Of a stretch of DNA of 64,000 nt, positions 60,759 to 64,000 are shown one piece after another; within the stretch, counting starts at the first letter, position 1, and each line of letters opens with the position of its first letter. The position numbers and the translations under genes are program-made. The stretch comes from Vulcanimicrobiota bacterium (GTDB lineage Bacteria; Vulcanimicrobiota; Vulcanimicrobiia; Vulcanimicrobiales; Vulcanimicrobiaceae), in assembly GCA_963777315.1 (NCBI GenBank), contig CAVZQC010000001.1, positions 288,001 through 352,000 on the forward strand, given 5' to 3'. Under the pieces are notes generated by a model. It was not told the DNA's origin, searched no databases, and was given only the letters and a program-made list of their open reading frames with translations.

Positions 60759-62147
60759 CCGCGGATGCTCCAGGTGAAACCCCGTGCGCGCTTGATACCC
60801 CTTTGCAATCTGCGTGAGCGTGAATTCACCCCACGGCTTGCCCATCAGCGCAAGGCCGGTGGGCAGATGATTTTCGCCTAGTCCGTTGGGAACGCTGACG
60901 GCGGGCAAGCCCGCGAGATTTCCCGGACTGCCCATTTCGACGCTGCCCGAATACTTGTCGGGATACGCTTTGTCGAACGGAATCCCAACCGGATAGGCGA
61001 CGGTCGGCAAAGTCGGATACGCGAGCGCGTCATAGGACGCCAGTGCGCGCAGCAGCTCTTCGTTCAAAATCGCCCGGCGCCGCAGTCCGTCGACGTAATC
61101 CACCGCCAGCGAACCGTAGACTTCGTACCCGCCGATCCGATCGTCGACCGATTGGAGTTCGCGCGAACGCCCGCTCTCGATCAATTCGCGAAACGCCGAC
61201 GCGCACTCGCCGTTGAAGATTTCGCCGAATACCTCGCCGTACGGGCCCGGCGGCAAAGCAACGTCGGGAACCAGCTCGCAAAACTCGCCCAGCACCGCCA
61301 GCGCCGCGTTGAAGTTGCGCGCAACCTGCGGCTGCGTCTTGGAGACTGCATGCTTGACTATCGCGATCTTCGGGCGGCGCCCGCGGACGGTCGGATACGG
61401 TCGATCGAGCGATGTTTTATCGTTGGGATCGTGGCCGCCGATCGCCGCAAGCACGGCTTGCGCGTCGCGCGCGGAGCGGCACATCGGTCCCAGTTTGTCC
61501 GAGGTCCACATCAGCGCCATCGCGCCGTGCCGGCTCACTCGCCCGTACGTCGGGCGCAGCCCCGACACGCCGCAGAACGCGGAGGGCACCATGATCGAGC
61601 CGTTCGTTTCCGACCCTATGGCGAAGCCGACCAAACCGGCGGCCACCGCCGCGCCCGGCCCGCTCGACGATCCGCCGCTCCAAAAATTGCGATTCCACGG
61701 CGTTCGTCCGGGACCGGTGAACGAAGCATTTGCGTCGTTGTAGCCGAATCCGCCGGCCAGTTCCACCATCGCGAGCTTTGCGCACAGCACGGTGCCGGCG
61801 CTTGCGAGCTTGCGCACTACTGCAGCGTCGTAGTCGAACACTTGCGAGCGGTACGGAGCCGCACCCCAAGTCGTTGGCGCGCCGGTTGCGGCCAGCAAAT
61901 CCTTCGCGCCGTAAGGAACGCCGTGCAGCGGACCTCTCGCACGCCCCGCGGCCAGCTCTTTATCGGCCGAGCGCGCTTCACGCAACGCGCGATCGTGCAT
62001 GATCGTAACGACCGCGCCGTAGCTCTTGCCGTACTTGACCAAACGCGCGAGATAAATGCCGGTCAGTTCCACCGATGAAATTTTGCGCTTGGCGATCAGC
62101 GTGCCCAGCGCGAGCGCATCGGAAAACGCGAGCTGCTCTTGGGTCAT
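60753..62147 (-). CDS. Amidase-signature family enzyme
   Basis: GPLHGVPYGAKDL, GGSSSG, IGSETNGS, GLRPTYGRVSRHG. Confidence 0.92.
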   Translation of the reverse strand: MTQEQLAFSDALALGTLIAKRKISSVELTGIYLARLVKYGKSYGAVVTIMHDRALREARSADKELAAGRARGPLHGVPYGAKDLLAATGAPTTWGAAPYRSQVFDYDAAVVRKLASAGTVLCAKLAMVELAGGFGYNDANASFTGPGRTPWNRNFWSGGSSSGPGAAVAAGLVGFAIGSETNGSIMVPSAFCGVSGLRPTYGRVSRHGAMALMWTSDKLGPMCRSARDAQAVLAAIGGHDPNDKTSLDRPYPTVRGRRPKIAIVKHAVSKTQPQVARNFNAALAVLGEFCELVPDVALPPGPYGEVFGEIFNGECASAFRELIESGRSRELQSVDDRIGGYEVYGSLAVDYVDGLRRRAILNEELLRALASYDALAYPTLPTVAYPVGIPFDKAYPDKYSGSVEMGSPGNLAGLPAVSVPNGLGENHLPTGLALMGKPWGEFTLTQIAKGYQARTGFHLEHPRL

Positions 62148-62443
62148 TCCGGCACTTGGAACGTCGTGACCGGCTCGTCCCAGTTCTTTAGAGCGCGCCC
62201 CTTGGGGTTCGCCCTCTCTCCGGCACCGACGTTGTCGTCGATTCCGCGGGCAATATCGTGCAGCTGCCCCGGCGTCAAACGCGGATCGAACGCGCGCATG
62301 CGCTCGGCAAAGGCGCGGGCAAAGTCGGAAACCTTGCGTTTTTGGGCCGGTGAAGCGGTGGCGGAAGGCATGGGCGAGGGCGGAGCGGCAGCGATCAGCG
62401 GGACCGAGGCGATCGCGGTAATGAAGTGCTTTCGCGTCGACAT
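62144..62443 (-). CDS. Small protein with Tat-like leader, coupled to the amidase
   Basis: MSTRKHFITAIASVPLIAAA; C-terminal LKNWDEPVTTF; ATGA overlap with the amidase. Confidence 0.65.
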   Translation of the reverse strand: MSTRKHFITAIASVPLIAAAPPSPMPSATASPAQKRKVSDFARAFAERMRAFDPRLTPGQLHDIARGIDDNVGAGERANPKGRALKNWDEPVTTFQVPE

Positions 62444-62469
62444 GGAACGCTCTTCGCGGCGCTGCTGCG

Positions 62470-64000
62470 CTATACTTCCATCACCACCGGTACGATGACG
62501 GGGCGGCGTTTGTAGCGCGCGTGGATCGCTTTGGCAAGTCCGGTGCGAATGTGTTCCTTGACCGTGTTGGCGTCTCGAATGCCTTCCACAGGAACTTCTT
62601 CTATCAGCGTCACGAGCTGCGCACGCAGTTCCTCCATCACGCCGTCGGCTTCGGGCACGTAAAAAACGCCCCGCGAAACCAGATCGGGCCCCGCGATGAC
62701 GCGCGCCTCTTCGCTGTCGATTGTGACGACAACCATCATGAACCCGTCGGCCGCGAGCAGCCGCCTATCGCGCAACACCGCTTCGCCCACGTCGCCGACG
62801 CTCGAGCCGTCCACCAGCACGTGGCCGCCGTACGTCTTTCCAATCTTGTCGCCGTAGTCGTGGGTGAATTCGAGCACGTCGCCGTTTTCTACGACGAAGA
62901 CGTTGCGGGCATCCACCCCCGTGCGTTCCGCGAGTTTTCCATGCTGGACGAGCATGCGGTATTCGCCGTGCACGGGGACGAAAAATTCCGGTCTGACGAG
63001 ATTGAGCATCAGCAGAAGCTCTTCTTGCGAAGCGTGACCCGAGACGTGCGATCGTCCGTCGGTTCCGTGCACGACGTTGGCTCCCAGCCGGCACAGGTTG
63101 TTGATCGTTTTGTAAACGCCTTTCTCGTTGCCGGGGATCGGAGTCGCGCTGATCACCACGGTGTCGCCGGGAACGATCTTGAACTTGCCGTGGTCTCGAA
63201 CGGACATGCGCGTGAGCGCGCTCATCGGCTCGCCCTGCGAACCGGTCGTCATGACGACGACTTTTTCGGGCGGAAATTCGTCCGTCTGCTCGATCCTGAT
63301 CGTCCGATCGGCCGGTACGCGCAAATAGCCCAGTTCGCCGGCGAAATGCACCACGTTGGTGAGCGAGCGTCCTAAAAATGCAATCTTGCGGTCGAACAGC
63401 ACCGCATGGTCGATGACTTGCTGGATGCGCGGAACGTTGGAGGCGAAAGAGGCGACGATGATGCGGCCTTTGGCATGCGAAAAAACGTTGGTGAAGGCTT
63501 CGCCGACGATCCGTTCCGACTGCGTGTGTCCGGGACGTTCGGCATTCGTACTGTCCGAAAGCATGCACAGGACGCCTTGGTCTCCCACGCGCGCGATCGC
63601 CGCAAAGTCGGCCGGTTTGCCGTCGATGGGCGTTTGATCGAATTTGAAATCGCCGGTGTGAAAGATCGTTCCCAGCGGCGTTCGCAATGCCAGCGCGCAC
63701 GCGCCGGAGACCGAGTGATTGATGTGGATGAACTCGGCCTCAATCTCGCCGTACGCGATGCGGTCGCCCGGCGCAACGGTGACGAACTGCGCTTCCCCCA
63801 TCATTTTATGATCCCGCGACTTTGCTTTGATCAGCGCATTGGTCAGCGGCGTGCCGACCACCGGGACGTTGAACTCGCGCAGCAGGTAGGGAATGCCGCC
63901 GATGTGATCCTCGTGACCGTGGGTTACCAAAACCGCGCGGAACTTTTCGCGGCGTTCGCGGATGTACGTGAAGTCGTTGATCACGATGTCAACGCCGTAC
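62470..64000 (-). CDS. rnj: Ribonuclease J, 3' part; start lies beyond the window
   Basis: THGHEDHIG, HTGDFK, SDSTNA, FASNVPR, TGSQGEP, HVSGH, PVHGE. Confidence 0.96.
   Translation of the reverse strand, partial: YGVDIVINDFTYIRERREKFRAVLVTHGHEDHIGGIPYLLREFNVPVVGTPLTNALIKAKSRDHKMMGEAQFVTVAPGDRIAYGEIEAEFIHINHSVSGACALALRTPLGTIFHTGDFKFDQTPIDGKPADFAAIARVGDQGVLCMLSDSTNAERPGHTQSERIVGEAFTNVFSHAKGRIIVASFASNVPRIQQVIDHAVLFDRKIAFLGRSLTNVVHFAGELGYLRVPADRTIRIEQTDEFPPEKVVVMTTGSQGEPMSALTRMSVRDHGKFKIVPGDTVVISATPIPGNEKGVYKTINNLCRLGANVVHGTDGRSHVSGHASQEELLLMLNLVRPEFFVPVHGEYRMLVQHGKLAERTGVDARNVFVVENGDVLEFTHDYGDKIGKTYGGHVLVDGSSVGDVGEAVLRDRRLLAADGFMMVVVTIDSEEARVIAGPDLVSRGVFYVPEADGVMEELRAQLVTLIEEVPVEGIRDANTVKEHIRTGLAKAIHARYKRRPVIVPVVMEV

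Overview
GC-rich bacterial chromosomal segment, mostly housekeeping and mostly on the minus strand. Genes include an M1 aminopeptidase (partial), an RND permease, tRNA-Leu(GAG), oppBC, a kamB/kamC/kce-like lysine-catabolism trio, mntP, proline dehydrogenase, dtd, rpoD-dnaG, ppdK, glyQS, rlmN, prfB, secA, rimO-yajQ-rodZ, mnmA, futalosine-pathway mqnE/A/C, ftsK, an amidase and rnj (partial). A small accessory cluster (VOC, cupin, methyltransferase, ATPase genes) lies at about 28.7-34.4 kb. Gene content and protein style tentatively suggest a soil Terrabacteria lineage such as Eremiobacterota/Vulcanimicrobiota; this is inference only. I saw no CRISPR array, transposase, integrase or rRNA. The strongest hidden signal: all 11 non-programmed frameshifts I could locate, including one in secA, lie in or directly beside the palindrome AGCT. 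This looks like a basecalling footprint of a genome-wide DNA modification at AGCT. Other signals are apparent CTG/ATC start codons, a recurrent (G/A)G(A/T)A-N16/17-CGAA promoter-like motif, a GDPH-motif protein splitting secA-prfB, and an unannotated 31-aa membrane peptide. All product calls come from motif recognition by eye; no database searches were run.
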